Counted from the stretch's first letter, positions 1-10,080 are shown. The stretch: DNA of 64,000 nucleotides from Candidatus Aminicenantes bacterium (GCA_963702005.1 OY969696.1:1344001-1408000), one strand, 5' to 3'. Program-made: numbers and translations. Notes: generated by a model not told the origin, from the sequence alone.

Positions 1-28
1 CTTATATCACAAGAGCCGCGGTTTCAGC

Positions 29-151
29 AATTCTGGGGACACACGACTTAATTCCGGAGGAGGGCCGGCGGCGGGATTCTAATCGAGTTTTTTCGCCCTG
101 TAATCCCCGTTGATGACGCATCCCGGAATTAAGTCGTGTGTCCCCAGAATT
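29..151. repeat. REP-like inverted-repeat pair (family R1)
   Basis: AATTCTGGGGACACACGACTTAATTCCGG at 29-57 and its exact reverse complement at 123-151; the right arm overlaps the cyclophilin stop codon. Confidence 0.9.
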
Positions 152-731
152 ATTCCCGGGTGATCGAGAGGATTTTAACCGGCGCGGCTAGGTATTGGCT
201 GGGGCAGGGGATTTGGTGGATCTTGCGCACGACGTCCATCCCGGCCACGACCCGGCCGAAGGCGGCGAAGCCCTGGCCGTCCGGGTTGCGATGCCCCCCG
301 AAGTCGAGCTCGGGCTGGTCCCCGACGCAGAAAAAGAAGCTCGAGGTCGCTGTGCCCGGCGCCAGCCGGGCCATCGAGATGGCGCCGTCGACGTGACGGA
401 GGCCGGTCAGCGCCGTCGTCTCGTGGGCGATCGGCGGGAAGCATTTCTCCTCGGCGACATCCCCGCCCTGGACGACTTCGATCTTGACGGGGCTGACGGG
501 CTGGTTTTGCATGGTCACGACTCGGAAAAATGACGTTCCGTCATAGAGTCCGGCGTCGACATAGCGGAGGAAATTGGCGGCCGTGATGGGAGCCTTGGCA
601 GCATCAACCTCGACCTCGATCGTCCCCAGCTCGGTCTTTATCAGGACGTGAGGATTCGTCTCCGCTCCCCGGGCCGCCGAAGACGCGGCCAGAAGAACAA
701 TCAGTCCGGCGACGAAACTTGAATGCTTCAT
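150..731 (-). CDS. Secreted cyclophilin-type peptidyl-prolyl cis-trans isomerase
   Basis: Signal peptide; APITAANFLRYV, FFRVV, QGG, GAISMAR, ATSSFF and FAAFGRVVAGMDVV cyclophilin motifs. Confidence 0.92.
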   Translation of the reverse strand: MKHSSFVAGLIVLLAASSAARGAETNPHVLIKTELGTIEVEVDAAKAPITAANFLRYVDAGLYDGTSFFRVVTMQNQPVSPVKIEVVQGGDVAEEKCFPPIAHETTALTGLRHVDGAISMARLAPGTATSSFFFCVGDQPELDFGGHRNPDGQGFAAFGRVVAGMDVVRKIHQIPCPSQYLAAPVKILSITRE

Positions 732-761
732 ATCTAACCTCGCGGGCCGAATCCGAAGCGG

Positions 762-2384
762 CTATTTGACTTTGATGAAAATCGGGTTCGAATAAAACCA
801 TAGGTCGCGCCAGGCCTCGGTCGCGCCGTCGATGCCGAGGTTCGCGACCGCCTCATAATCCAGGATCGGATTACCCTTGGCGTCCGTCTCGAACGGCGTT
901 TCGGGTGGGAGATTGGTCCCCCGCAGCCGCAGGTACTTGTCCTCCTGGACATTCTTGAGGTCGTAGGTCACGGTTTTCCAGCCGTCGGCGTCCGGCGTCC
1001 AGTCCGAGGCGTCGAAAGTCGCTTTGATTCTGGTCGTGGGATTGGTGGCGACGGTGTAGGCGGGATCGCCCGGCCGGACGCGGCCCGTGACCGTTCCGCT
1101 GATGAGGTCGATGTGGTCGATGGCGACGGCCTCGCCGTGGTTGTTGACGGCGGGGCTCTTGAAGCGGATCGTGACCCGCACCGTCTCGCCCTTCCGAACC
1201 CTCAGCGTTTGGCCCATGGCCGCCTCTCCCGAGGCCGCCGAAGCCCGGAAGTCGAGGCCGTCGATAAGGTCGCCCTCGACGATGAACGACGTCCCATTCC
1301 GGAGCCCATCCAGGATCTCTTGAGCGGAATAGACGCCGTTGCCGTTGGCGTCGACGACATACGTCCAGGTCTTGGCGTATTCCCCCGGCCAGAAGCTTTT
1401 CTTGGTCGAATGGAAATCGGAGATCGCTAAGATCCACCAGGTCCGGCCCTCGCCAAGAAGCGCGTCCCAGAGCCCGCCGATCTTGGCCGTGAAGATCCCC
1501 GCTCCGCCGTAGGTCCCATGGCCGACGGTGACGCCGGAGAATCCGATCCGGGCGGTCTTCTGGTTGCCCGGGATTCCCTCGAACCCGAAAGCGACCGAGG
1601 GGGCGGCGTTATTAATATCGCGGAAGTTTTCGACCCGCCACAGGTTCGCCCGCTCCGGATGGCTGGGAAGGAACCAGCTCGCGCCGGGATGATTGGCCTG
1701 GAGCCAGCGAACGGCCTCGATCGCCTTGGCGTGGCCGGTCAGCCGGCTTTTCGTCCAGCCCTGAACGCGGCCGCCGGTCTGATCCCCGTCGTGGTCGTCG
1801 AACATGTATTCGAAAGCGGCCAGGGCGCGGGCGCTGGGAGAGACGCCGAACTGGCCCGTCAGGACGGTGACGGAGGCATGCTCGTGGCCAGGGACGTTCC
1901 ACTCCAACCCTTGGACGATGACCCGCTTTTTATAGACGGAACGAGCGCGCAAGAGGTCGGCGAATTCATAATCGCGAATGGACTGCCAGCGCCACATCTT
2001 GCGGTGGCCGAAGGAGCGGGAGACGTCCCCCAGGATGTTCCCGGGAGGATAGACATTGCGGTCGTCCCAATAACGGGCGTACTTGCCGGTGTCGAAGCCT
2101 TGGGACAGGATAGGGCCATAGCCGTCCTTGGTGAAGCCGCCGCCATGGTCGGAGTTGGCCCACCAGTCGAGCCCGTACTTGTAATTCATGTAGTTGACCG
2201 TCCGGATCGGATTCAGGCCGTCTGAATAGGTTGTGTGCTGGTGGGAGTCGCCGCACATCCAGCGGCCCGGGGAGGAGGCGGAGGAGGCGCGGGAGCGGCC
2301 GGCCCCTGGCCCGATGACCCAGAGAGTCGCGAGGGCGAGCAGCACTGCCGGCAGCGGGGCCGCTTGGAGCTTTCGCCGATTCAT
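762..2384 (-). CDS. Secreted PHP-domain metallo-hydrolase/phosphoesterase
   Basis: GDSHQHTTYSDG, SDHGG, GLEWNVPGHEH, SHP, SDFH and C-terminal YSNPI PHP-family motifs; N-terminal signal. Confidence 0.75.
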   Translation of the reverse strand: MNRRKLQAAPLPAVLLALATLWVIGPGAGRSRASSASSPGRWMCGDSHQHTTYSDGLNPIRTVNYMNYKYGLDWWANSDHGGGFTKDGYGPILSQGFDTGKYARYWDDRNVYPPGNILGDVSRSFGHRKMWRWQSIRDYEFADLLRARSVYKKRVIVQGLEWNVPGHEHASVTVLTGQFGVSPSARALAAFEYMFDDHDGDQTGGRVQGWTKSRLTGHAKAIEAVRWLQANHPGASWFLPSHPERANLWRVENFRDINNAAPSVAFGFEGIPGNQKTARIGFSGVTVGHGTYGGAGIFTAKIGGLWDALLGEGRTWWILAISDFHSTKKSFWPGEYAKTWTYVVDANGNGVYSAQEILDGLRNGTSFIVEGDLIDGLDFRASAASGEAAMGQTLRVRKGETVRVTIRFKSPAVNNHGEAVAIDHIDLISGTVTGRVRPGDPAYTVATNPTTRIKATFDASDWTPDADGWKTVTYDLKNVQEDKYLRLRGTNLPPETPFETDAKGNPILDYEAVANLGIDGATEAWRDLWFYSNPIFIKVK

Positions 2385-2399
2385 GGAAGTATTATACCA
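2385..2399 (-). promoter_or_regulatory. Extended -10 promoter giving a probable leaderless mRNA
   Basis: Minus strand reads TGG-TATAAT-ACTTCC-ATG(2384); no Shine-Dalgarno. Confidence 0.6.
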
Positions 2400-2458
2400 G
2401 ATCGGCTTGAGCGACCTTCATCGCTGCAGCTATTCCGGGGGCCGTATGACCCCCGGAA

Positions 2459-2875
2459 TTATTTTCGGGGGCGCCGGGCGGCGCGCGCTGCGCGTGCGGC
2501 GGCCAACCGCCGGCGATGATCGCAATAAGGTTGAGCGTAGGCCGCAAAATCCGTTTGGGAAAGGGTTTTGGCTAATTCGGGCACTCCGTCCCATATCGAT
2601 TGCGCCCGCTCAAGGTCCGGGCACGGCTCCACGTCGCATTCGGCGCAGCCGGAGAATCCTTTGGCTAGGGAGCAGCGACGCGCCTTGCAGGTGCGGCTCG
2701 TATGGAACACCTCATCGTCCGGCCGCAAGCAGCCTCCGCAGGAGATGCTCTCCGCCTTCGCGCGCAGCCCGTAGATTCTGCGCCAGGCGGCCGCCGTGCG
2801 CTCCTGATGGCCGGCGCCTTTAGCTTTTCCCCGGTAAGCGGCACAGCCTGAGCACAGCACACCGCAGGCCGACAT
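2459..2875 (-). CDS. DUF3795-like Cys-rich small protein
   Basis: ACGVLCSGC, CGGC, CKARRC and CAECDVEPC pattern; AGGAGG RBS upstream. Confidence 0.75.
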   Translation of the reverse strand: MSACGVLCSGCAAYRGKAKGAGHQERTAAAWRRIYGLRAKAESISCGGCLRPDDEVFHTSRTCKARRCSLAKGFSGCAECDVEPCPDLERAQSIWDGVPELAKTLSQTDFAAYAQPYCDHRRRLAAARAARAARRPRK

Positions 2876-2899
2876 GATCGCGGCTATTGAATCCTCCTT

Positions 2900-3003
2900 T
2901 TACTACGGGGAGCAGAATAAACATTGCATAATCCTTGCTGCTCCCCGAGTACTAGCCGGGCGATAAGGAAATATGGAGTCAACTATATTTCGCCCGGCTT
3001 AGT
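2900..3003 (-). promoter_or_regulatory. Tandem-hairpin leader containing mini-ORF MQCLFCSP
   Basis: Hairpins at 2901-2951 and 2951-3003; ATG at 2929 preceded by AAGGA and followed by stops TAG TAA. Confidence 0.4.
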
Positions 3004-3048
3004 AAACGGCGCCGGGGCGTCTCAATGCTCGCTCGCAGATCCCCCAGC

Positions 3049-5451
3049 TTACTCCTCATCGAAATAATTAAAGCGGCGCTGTTTGTCCTTTTCGTTGACT
3101 CCGTTGGCATCCAGGACCCACATCCCGCGCCCATGGGTAGCGATGACGATCATGTTGTCGCGGGGATGAACGATGAGGTTGTGAACGTAGGTCGCGGGAA
3201 GGTTCGCGCCCAGCACCTGCCAGGTCTTGGCGCCGTCCGTCGTCACAAAGACCGCCAGGTCGGTCCCGACATACAAGATGTCCTTTTTAACCGGGTCCTC
3301 GCGGATGACGTTGACCGGGCCGATCGGGATCCCCTTGGAAATATCGATCCAGGTCTTCCCGAAGTCGGTCGACTTCCAGACGTAGGGCGTGAAGTCGTCG
3401 TCGCGCTTCCCGTTCTGGGTCAGGTAGACCGTGCCCATGTCATGCTCCGAGGCCACCAGCCGCGACACCCACTTCTGGACGGGAAGCCCGGCCGTGATCT
3501 CGGCCCAGGCCTTGCCGCCGTCCTTGCTGATCCAGACGCGGCCGTCGTCGGTTCCGGCGTAGATGAGGCCGTACTTGAGGGGCGACTCGGACAGCGCGAA
3601 CAGAGTGTGGTAGGGGATATCGCCCGCTTCCGCGGGCGTGAAGGCCGTGAGGTCGGGGCTGATCTTTTCCCAAGTGTCGCCCCTGTCCAGCGAGCGGAAC
3701 ACGTACTGCATGCCGTGGTAGACGATGGCGGGGTTGTGCGGGGAGAGGATGAAAGGGGCCAGCCACTGGCCGCGCAGACGAGGCTCGTTTTCGTAGGGCT
3801 GGGGGAGGAGGTCCTTGGAGTTCTGCCACCAGCTTCCGCCCTTGGAGTAGTCGGTCCGGCTGATCGTCCCGTAGAAGCCGGCCGAATAGACGAGATTGGG
3901 GTTGTCGGGATCGATGAAGTGGTTCGACCCTTCTCCGCCCGGCGCGTTCTCGAACTCCTGGGTCGGGACCTTGTCGCGGCCCCGGCTCAGGTCGACGGCG
4001 GCCCGGAAACTGCCGTGGTCCTGCATCGAGCCGTAGACCTTGAAGGGCGTCGCCATGTCATAGTTGAGGTTGAAGAACTGGCAGACGGGGAGGTTGTCCT
4101 GGAAATAGCGCCAGTTTTTGCCCTTGTCGTAGCTCACGGCGCAGCCCTGGTCGAACCCCTTAATCATGTAATTGGAGTTATCGGGGTCGATCCACAGGGC
4201 GTGGTGGTCGACGCCCGGGCCGGGCACGCGCTTGAAGGTTTTGCCGCCGTCGGTCGAGACGTTGAGCATCAGGCCCATCGTGTAGATCGTGTTCGCGTCG
4301 TTGGGATCGACGCGGACCTGGCCGAATACCCAGCCGTAGGTGTTGGAGTGACGCATCATGTACTGTTTCTGCTCGTCGGTCAGGCCGCTCGTTTGGGTCC
4401 AATGCTCGCCGGCGTCGTCGGAGCGGAAGACCGAGGCGCCCTTGATGAACCCGGCCGAGGGCAGGCCGTAGGAATCCCGCATCTCCTCTTCGGTCGCGTC
4501 GCGGCCCTTCTCATAATTGTCGACGAAGGCGTAGAGAATGTTGGGCTTGGTCCGGCACAGGTCGATCCCGGTCCGGCCCCGGAAGCGGGCTTCGGGAAGG
4601 CCGGTGTTGATAGGCTTCCAGGTCTTGCCGCCGTCGACCGTCTTATAGATCCCGCTCCCCGTGTAGTCGGGGAAGTTTCGCGGGTCGTTCCACTTCCTGC
4701 GGATGCGCTGCCAGGCCGAAGCGTAAAGGGTGTCGGGGTTCGTCGGGTCCATGACCAGGTCGATGATGCCCGTCTTCTCGTTGATATAGAGGACTTTGTC
4801 CCAGGTCTTCCCGCCGTCGGTCGTCTTGTAGACGCCGCGGTCGGGGTTGTCGGTCCATTCATGGCCCGAGGCCGCCACATAGACGACGTCGGGATTCGCC
4901 GGGTGGACGACGATCCGGGGGATCGTGTAGGTTCCGGCCAAGCCCATATGAGCCCAGGTCTTGCCGGCGTCCACGGATTTGTAGACGCCGATCCCGGCCT
5001 GCGATGAGCGGAAGATGTTGGCTTCGCCCGTCCCGATCCAGACGATGTCCGGGTTCGAGGGGGCGATCGCGATGTCGCCGATGGCCGTGGCCGGAGCCTG
5101 GTCGAAGACGGGCTCGAAGGTCGTGCCTTCGTTCGACGTCTTCCAGACGCCGCCCGAAGCGGCCGCGACGTACATCGTATAGTTGCGTCCCTTGGGAGCG
5201 ACGACCGCGACGTCCGTGACGCGGCCGCTGACGTTCTTGGGGCCCAGGTACTGCCACTTGAGGTCCTTGAACTTGGAGGTCTGCTTCATATCCAGGAACT
5301 GGGCGTATCCCTTGAGCCGGAGCTCGGGGTCGGTCGATTGGACGCGCTGGATTTTCTTGGCGGGTTGGGCGATCAGGATGAGGGCGGGGGCGAGGATGAG
5401 GAAAGCCAGGAGGGCGGCGCGAAACCGCGGCTTGCCGTGAAGGATGCTCAT
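3049..5451 (-). CDS. Secreted BNR/Asp-box (VPS10/sortilin-like) glycosyl hydrolase
   Basis: Many SxDxGxTW Asp-box repeats; SGRVTDVA; C-terminal ATHGRGMWVLD; RBS GGAGG. Confidence 0.88.
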   Translation of the reverse strand: MSILHGKPRFRAALLAFLILAPALILIAQPAKKIQRVQSTDPELRLKGYAQFLDMKQTSKFKDLKWQYLGPKNVSGRVTDVAVVAPKGRNYTMYVAAASGGVWKTSNEGTTFEPVFDQAPATAIGDIAIAPSNPDIVWIGTGEANIFRSSQAGIGVYKSVDAGKTWAHMGLAGTYTIPRIVVHPANPDVVYVAASGHEWTDNPDRGVYKTTDGGKTWDKVLYINEKTGIIDLVMDPTNPDTLYASAWQRIRRKWNDPRNFPDYTGSGIYKTVDGGKTWKPINTGLPEARFRGRTGIDLCRTKPNILYAFVDNYEKGRDATEEEMRDSYGLPSAGFIKGASVFRSDDAGEHWTQTSGLTDEQKQYMMRHSNTYGWVFGQVRVDPNDANTIYTMGLMLNVSTDGGKTFKRVPGPGVDHHALWIDPDNSNYMIKGFDQGCAVSYDKGKNWRYFQDNLPVCQFFNLNYDMATPFKVYGSMQDHGSFRAAVDLSRGRDKVPTQEFENAPGGEGSNHFIDPDNPNLVYSAGFYGTISRTDYSKGGSWWQNSKDLLPQPYENEPRLRGQWLAPFILSPHNPAIVYHGMQYVFRSLDRGDTWEKISPDLTAFTPAEAGDIPYHTLFALSESPLKYGLIYAGTDDGRVWISKDGGKAWAEITAGLPVQKWVSRLVASEHDMGTVYLTQNGKRDDDFTPYVWKSTDFGKTWIDISKGIPIGPVNVIREDPVKKDILYVGTDLAVFVTTDGAKTWQVLGANLPATYVHNLIVHPRDNMIVIATHGRGMWVLDANGVNEKDKQRRFNYFDEE

Positions 5452-5544
5452 TAAAAACCTCCTTCGAGACCGAGATTTGATATCACAAATATCAGACGAT
5501 TATTGTACTCGAAAATCCGCCGCGGCGAGAAATTTTTTAAATTG

Positions 5545-7219
5545 CTAGCCCTGTTTGGCGGGCGTCCGGGCGAGCACGAAGCGGCAGGGTTTCCCGGGAG
5601 GAGTCCCGGGCAAGGTCACGAAGATCAGCCCATCCTCCTCGGCGGCCTTAGCGAGTTCATCGTCGATGAGCGCGCGAACTTTCATTCCCGCGGCCGCGGG
5701 CGGCAGGCGCACTCCCAGCTTCTGCGGGCCTTCGCCTTCGTAAGTTCCCGACACGCGATCGGCATTCATCTCATAGGCCAGCTCCCGGCCGCGCCAGCGG
5801 AGCGTTTGGCCGAATCCCTCCTTCCAGAATTCGTCCGTGACGGTGGGCGCGAGGACGATCGAGCCGTCGAGTCGCATATCCACGCCGAGCAGGAAGCGCT
5901 GGACGATGCGGATCAGGTTGGCCGGATACTCACAGTAGGTGTTGGGTCCGGCCGCGACGACCCCTCCCTTGCCGTCGGGCTGGTATCTTTCGCGCCAATA
6001 GTAGCCGTTTACGCGGCCCGCCTCACTGACCTTCCGGATGCCGTCGAGAAGTCCTGCGGCGTCGCCCATCCTCGCTCGCGCCTGGGCATCCAGGTACCAG
6101 AACGCGCCCCATCGCGGCCAGGTCGTGCCGCCTGGGATGGCTGAATTCCCAATCCTCATAAGTCTCCGGCAGCGTCGCGATGCCCGTGGGCATCCCGCCG
6201 TAGTAGAAGCGCCGCTCCCCGATGAGCTTCGGCCAGAGGATATCACGCTGTTCGGGCGTCGCCGCCTCCAGGGCGATCGAGGCCCAGTCCACGTCGGTCA
6301 GACCGTGGCTCGAAATGAATCCCCGCTGGGGGTGAAAGTATTCGGCGAAATGCCCCTTGTCGGCGACCCAGAACCGGGTGACGAAAAATTGCCGGATCCG
6401 CCCGGCCAGCGTTTCGTATTGTTCGGCCTCACGGATGTCGCCCACCAGGCGGTTGAGGGCCGCCACGCGGCGGAAGGCGTCGAACGCATGGCACTGGGCC
6501 ACGCCGTCCGATTCGATCCGGGCCGGCATCTCGATGTAGTAACCCGCGCCCTTGACTCTGCCCTGATCATCGACGAGCGAAGCGAGATGGTCCGCCGCCC
6601 GGTTGACCGAAGGAAGCTGGGCCTCAAGCCATTCCCGGTCGAGCGTCGCCCGGAAAATATCGTCGGCGTTCTGGATGTAGGTCGGGTCGGCCAGCGCCTC
6701 CAAGGGATTGCCGGGGATCCAATGCCGGTACAACCCGCCGTTGGCCTCCACGGTAGCGAGATGATCCCCTTCGCCGGCCTGCTTGCTGGCCAGGTCCGGC
6801 AGGATGGCGATCGGCAGAGAGCCGTCCGGCCGTTGGAAGGAACGGACATAATCCCAGTTGGCCTTGACGACATCGACCCGGCCGAGCCGGAGGAGCGCGT
6901 CGCTCAGCTGATGGCCGTCGAGCGAAGGATAGGTGTAGCCGTAGCCGAACCCTTGGCCGTCAGCGCAGACCGACCAATAGCCGAAGAAGACCTTCGGGTT
7001 GACCGCCGCGAGGACATTTTGCGCGGCCGCCCGTTCGTAGGCCCGGACGATTCCGTCATCCGGAATACGGGGCAAGGGCGGTTCCCTTTGGGGGCCGCCG
7101 TCCAACGCCCCCGGCGCGCAGGCGATTGCGATGACGAGGACCGAACACACGCCCAACGTTTTTGCTTTTGGGGGGGCCTTGATCGCAGAGGGAAGAATTT
7201 CCGGGATCCCGTTCGTCAT
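5545..7219 (-). pseudogene. Six-hairpin glycosidase-like secreted protein with a +1 frameshift near 6100
   Basis: ORF 6023-7219 (...DLAAMGRV) joins ORF 5545-6246 (WYLDAQARAR...) if one T is removed from minus-strand GTTCTGG. Confidence 0.65.
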
Positions 7220-7257
7220 GGCTGTCTCCGCGGCCGCTAAGTCGCCTAACCGTTACA

Positions 7258-7286
7258 AGACTATTTCGCAATTCTCCGGAAGTCAA
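7258..7286 (-). promoter_or_regulatory. Sigma70-type promoter
   Basis: TTGACT-17 nt-TAGTCT upstream of the 7219 start. Confidence 0.5.
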
Positions 7287-7361
7287 GGCAAGAAGCCGGG
7301 GGATCTTCCCGGAAAGGGACAAGGAGCGGAGGAGGGGCGGCCGGGCTCAGCGGTGAGGTTA

Positions 7362-7390
7362 TTGACTAAAATCTGCGACGGTTCTATCCT
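7362..7390 (+). promoter_or_regulatory. Sigma70-type promoter
   Basis: TTGACT-17 nt-TATCCT upstream of the GNAT gene. Confidence 0.5.
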
Positions 7391-7411
7391 TTGCTCGAAA
7401 ACAGGACGTTC

Positions 7412-7951
7412 ATGCTGATGATTCGGACCGAGCGCCTCGACCTTGTCGCCGCGTCCATCGATTATCTCGATGCCGAGCTCGAATCGCCCTTGCGGCTCGC
7501 GGCTCTACTTGGCGCGCGAGTTCCTGAAGGCTGGCCGCCCGGCGAATACGATCGGCCGGCCATCGAGTTCTTCCGCGCCCGTCTTGCCGAGAATCCCGAG
7601 GCGGTAGGATGGTACGGCTGGTATGCGGTCGAGCGCGGGGGCGAAGGCCGGCCGGCCACGTTATTGGGAGCGGGCGGCTATTATGGACCGCCGAGCGCCG
7701 ACGGAACAGTCGAGGTCGGCTATTCCATCCTGCCCGTCTTCCAGGGTCGGGGGTTCGCGACCGAACTCGTCCGTGCTCTGGTCGCAAGGGCTTTTTCGAC
7801 CACCGGCGTCGCGCGCGTCATCGCCCACACCTTTCCCGGGAATGCCGGTTCGGTCAAGGTCCTTGAGCGGTCCGGCTTCGTCCCGGTCGGCCCGGGCCGA
7901 GAACCGGGCACCGTGCAATACGCGTTGACTTTTTCGGCTAAGGTCCAATAA
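7412..7951 (+). CDS. GNAT (RimJ/RimL-type) N-acetyltransferase
   Basis: IRTERLDL, VEVGYSILPVFQGRGFATE and NAGSVKVLERSGF motifs; start moved to ATG 7412, downstream of the promoter. Confidence 0.88.
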   Translation: MLMIRTERLDLVAASIDYLDAELESPLRLAALLGARVPEGWPPGEYDRPAIEFFRARLAENPEAVGWYGWYAVERGGEGRPATLLGAGGYYGPPSADGTVEVGYSILPVFQGRGFATELVRALVARAFSTTGVARVIAHTFPGNAGSVKVLERSGFVPVGPGREPGTVQYALTFSAKVQ

Positions 7952-8085
7952 ATCGTATTCGCCAACCGGACGCCGGGTTGATAAGTACACCATCTATCGC
8001 CCGGCCGAAACCGGCCAAGGCGCGTTGAGGATATCCCGGCCGAAAGCTGTTTCTTCGCCTCTCCGGCTATTCTCTTATGATCATT

Positions 8086-8309
8086 TGACCCGTTCGCCGA
8101 CGATAAGCCCCGCCTTTCAACACTCACTCGCCGGAAGCGGCTCATGAGTGCACTTCGGGGCGGGGACGAGAAGCGACACTTTTGTACTCAGCCCCTTTAG
8201 AGGAGATGGGGCTGAGTGGGCTCAGGGCAGAAGCTCCACGGATGAAAGCCTGTGGAGCTTCTGCCCCGAACAAGCCCCGGCATTCATGCCGGGGAGTCCA
8301 TGGGTTGAC
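8086..8309 (-). repeat. Modular nested-hairpin element, family R2 copy A (MITE/PATE-like)
   Basis: Shares termini GTCAAC.....GACTCCCCGGCATGAATGCCGGGGCTT and GTCGGCGAACGGGTCA with copies at 25991 and 49807. Confidence 0.85.
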
Positions 8310-8361
8310 AACGTTTTTAGCCGTATACTATTCTTAAAGAGTTCATAAGGAGGGAATCATC

Positions 8362-8865
8362 ATGCGAAGCTTCTCTAAAATCCTTGGTCTTCTTGCGATC
8401 CCGATGGTTTTGCTGGCCGTCGCGCTCCCGGTCCGGGCCGATTGGTTCTTTGCCCATGGAAACGCGGCCACCGTCCAGGAGGATGGCGTGGCCAATTGCG
8501 TTTCGATCGCGCACCTGGGCTGGGGTTTGGACCTCAAGCTCAAGTACGGGAAGACGGCCTGGGTCCAATTCCCGATCCCTACGGTGGCTCTGGAAAACCG
8601 CTCCCTCAGCGCCATCCAGCTCGTCTTCGATATGGTGGAAAGCAATAGCGTCGTCATCGTCGAGGCCGATCTCTGGGATGGCGGCGTTTTCCTCAAAGCC
8701 ATCAAGGGCACTTGGACCGGCCGCTGGAAAGCCATTACGCTCAACCTCGATAAGAAAATTAAAATCTACCGGGGGCTTAATATATCCGTCCTGCTGAAGA
8801 ACGTAAGCAAAGCTAAGGACCTCAGGATCGTCCTCCAGAGTGTCGGCGCCCATATAACCAACTAG
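8362..8865 (+). CDS. Secreted hypothetical protein (DUF6623-like)
   Basis: Signal peptide; strong RBS; HGNAATVQE, WVQFPIPT and LWDG pattern resembles DUF6623 from memory. Confidence 0.6.
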   Translation: MRSFSKILGLLAIPMVLLAVALPVRADWFFAHGNAATVQEDGVANCVSIAHLGWGLDLKLKYGKTAWVQFPIPTVALENRSLSAIQLVFDMVESNSVVIVEADLWDGGVFLKAIKGTWTGRWKAITLNLDKKIKIYRGLNISVLLKNVSKAKDLRIVLQSVGAHITN

Positions 8866-8907
8866 CCCATCCCGATTAAATCGGCCTGGCCCCGGCTTCG
8901 TCCGAAC

Positions 8908-8970
8908 TCCCGGACCCCCAGGCCGCGCTTGTGCAGGAGCGGTTCGATCTTGGGCTCGGCCCCGCGGAAG
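8908..8970 (-). pseudogene. Remnant 3' end of an M3 peptidase (dcp) gene
   Basis: Encodes FRGAEPKIEPLLHKRGLGV versus FRGAEPKIEPLLRKRGLEV at the C-terminus of 16176-18317. Confidence 0.8.
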
Positions 8971-8976
8971 GCGCCC

Positions 8977-10080
8977 TGTACTCGTTCAGATACATAGGTG
9001 ACACTATGGGCTATGATAGGAATCGCCATGAAAGTGAAGCCCGCCACGAGTTATGGGTCGATAATACCCGGCTCGGAGTACATCCGATCCCTTATCCGCC
9101 AGGGGACAATCTCCCCTGAAGCCGCCAAGCGGCTGCGCTGGTTCGAGTATTACAGGCGGTGCGAAAATGCCCGTCGGACCTGCCGTTACTTCGGGATCTC
9201 ACCCCAGACGTTCTACCGCTGGCAGCACCGCTTCGATCCCTATGACCTGACGACCCTGGAGGCGGAGAGCCGGCGGCCCATCCATGTTCGGTCGCCCCTG
9301 ACCCCGGCGCCGGTCGTCGACCGGATCCTGGCGCTCAGGCAAAAGTATCCCCGCTGGGGGAAGGATAAGCTCGTCGTCCTGCTGAAACGGGATGGGCTTC
9401 AGGTCTCGACGTCGACGGTGGGCCGGGTCCTCAAGCGGCTTAAGGACCGAGGCGTACTGGTTGAGCCGCTCAACATCCGTCAAGCCCGGGAGGCTCGAAA
9501 ACGTCGGCGCAAGCCGCGGTATGCGATCCGTAAGCCTCAGGGGTATCGCGTCACCGCCCCGGGGGATCTTGTCCAGCTGGACACCCTCCAGATCAGGCTT
9601 CAGAGTGACGACCGTCGCTGGCAGTTCAGCAGTCGAGACCTGATCTCGCGCTGGGACGTCGCTCGATCCTATCGCCGGGCCACCAGCTTCACCGCCAGTC
9701 AGTTCTTGGAATACATGGAGCGCAAGTTCCCCTTCCCCGTTCGGGCGATCCAGATCGACGGCGGCTCGGAGTTTAAAAAGCACTTCGAGGAGGCCTGTCA
9801 GGCTCATGGGATCCGCTTGTTCGTAACCCCGCCTCGATCGCCGAAGCTCCAGGCCTATGTCGAGCGGTCGAACCGGACGCACCGGGAGGAGTTTTATGAG
9901 GTTGAAGATATCGCCCTCGGACTGGAGGATCATAACCGTCAGCTGGAAAAGTGGGAGGAGATCTATAACTATATCCGGCCTCACCAATCCCTTGATTACC
10001 TGACCCCGCATGAATACTATCAGAACTGGCTGAAAGCCTCTGCTCAGCCCCGCGCGTCACTAATGTAGTGGACGAGTTCA
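8977..10080 (+). mobile_element. IS481-family insertion sequence
   Basis: Imperfect terminal IRs TGTACTCGTTCAGATACATAGGTGAC / TGAACTCGTCCACTACATTAGTGAC around the transposase; no clean target duplication (GCGCCC vs GCGCTT). Confidence 0.85.
9028..10068 (+). CDS. IS481-family transposase (HTH + rve)
   Basis: TCRYFGISPQTFYRW HTH; LVQLDT, QIDGGSEF and VERSNRT DDE motifs; YNYIRPHQSL. Confidence 0.9.
   Translation: MKVKPATSYGSIIPGSEYIRSLIRQGTISPEAAKRLRWFEYYRRCENARRTCRYFGISPQTFYRWQHRFDPYDLTTLEAESRRPIHVRSPLTPAPVVDRILALRQKYPRWGKDKLVVLLKRDGLQVSTSTVGRVLKRLKDRGVLVEPLNIRQAREARKRRRKPRYAIRKPQGYRVTAPGDLVQLDTLQIRLQSDDRRWQFSSRDLISRWDVARSYRRATSFTASQFLEYMERKFPFPVRAIQIDGGSEFKKHFEEACQAHGIRLFVTPPRSPKLQAYVERSNRTHREEFYEVEDIALGLEDHNRQLEKWEEIYNYIRPHQSLDYLTPHEYYQNWLKASAQPRASLM

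Noticed and set aside
3025-5007. Long antisense ORFs (e.g. 3025-5007, 32353-33732, 38557-40020, 60560-61903)
   Set aside because: Shadow frames of well-supported genes, expected at high GC, with no recognisable motifs
8086-8309. R2 as a confirmed HEARO/omega RNA with an RNA-guided nuclease
   Set aside because: Only terminal resemblance; no IscB or TnpB ORF is adjacent to any copy
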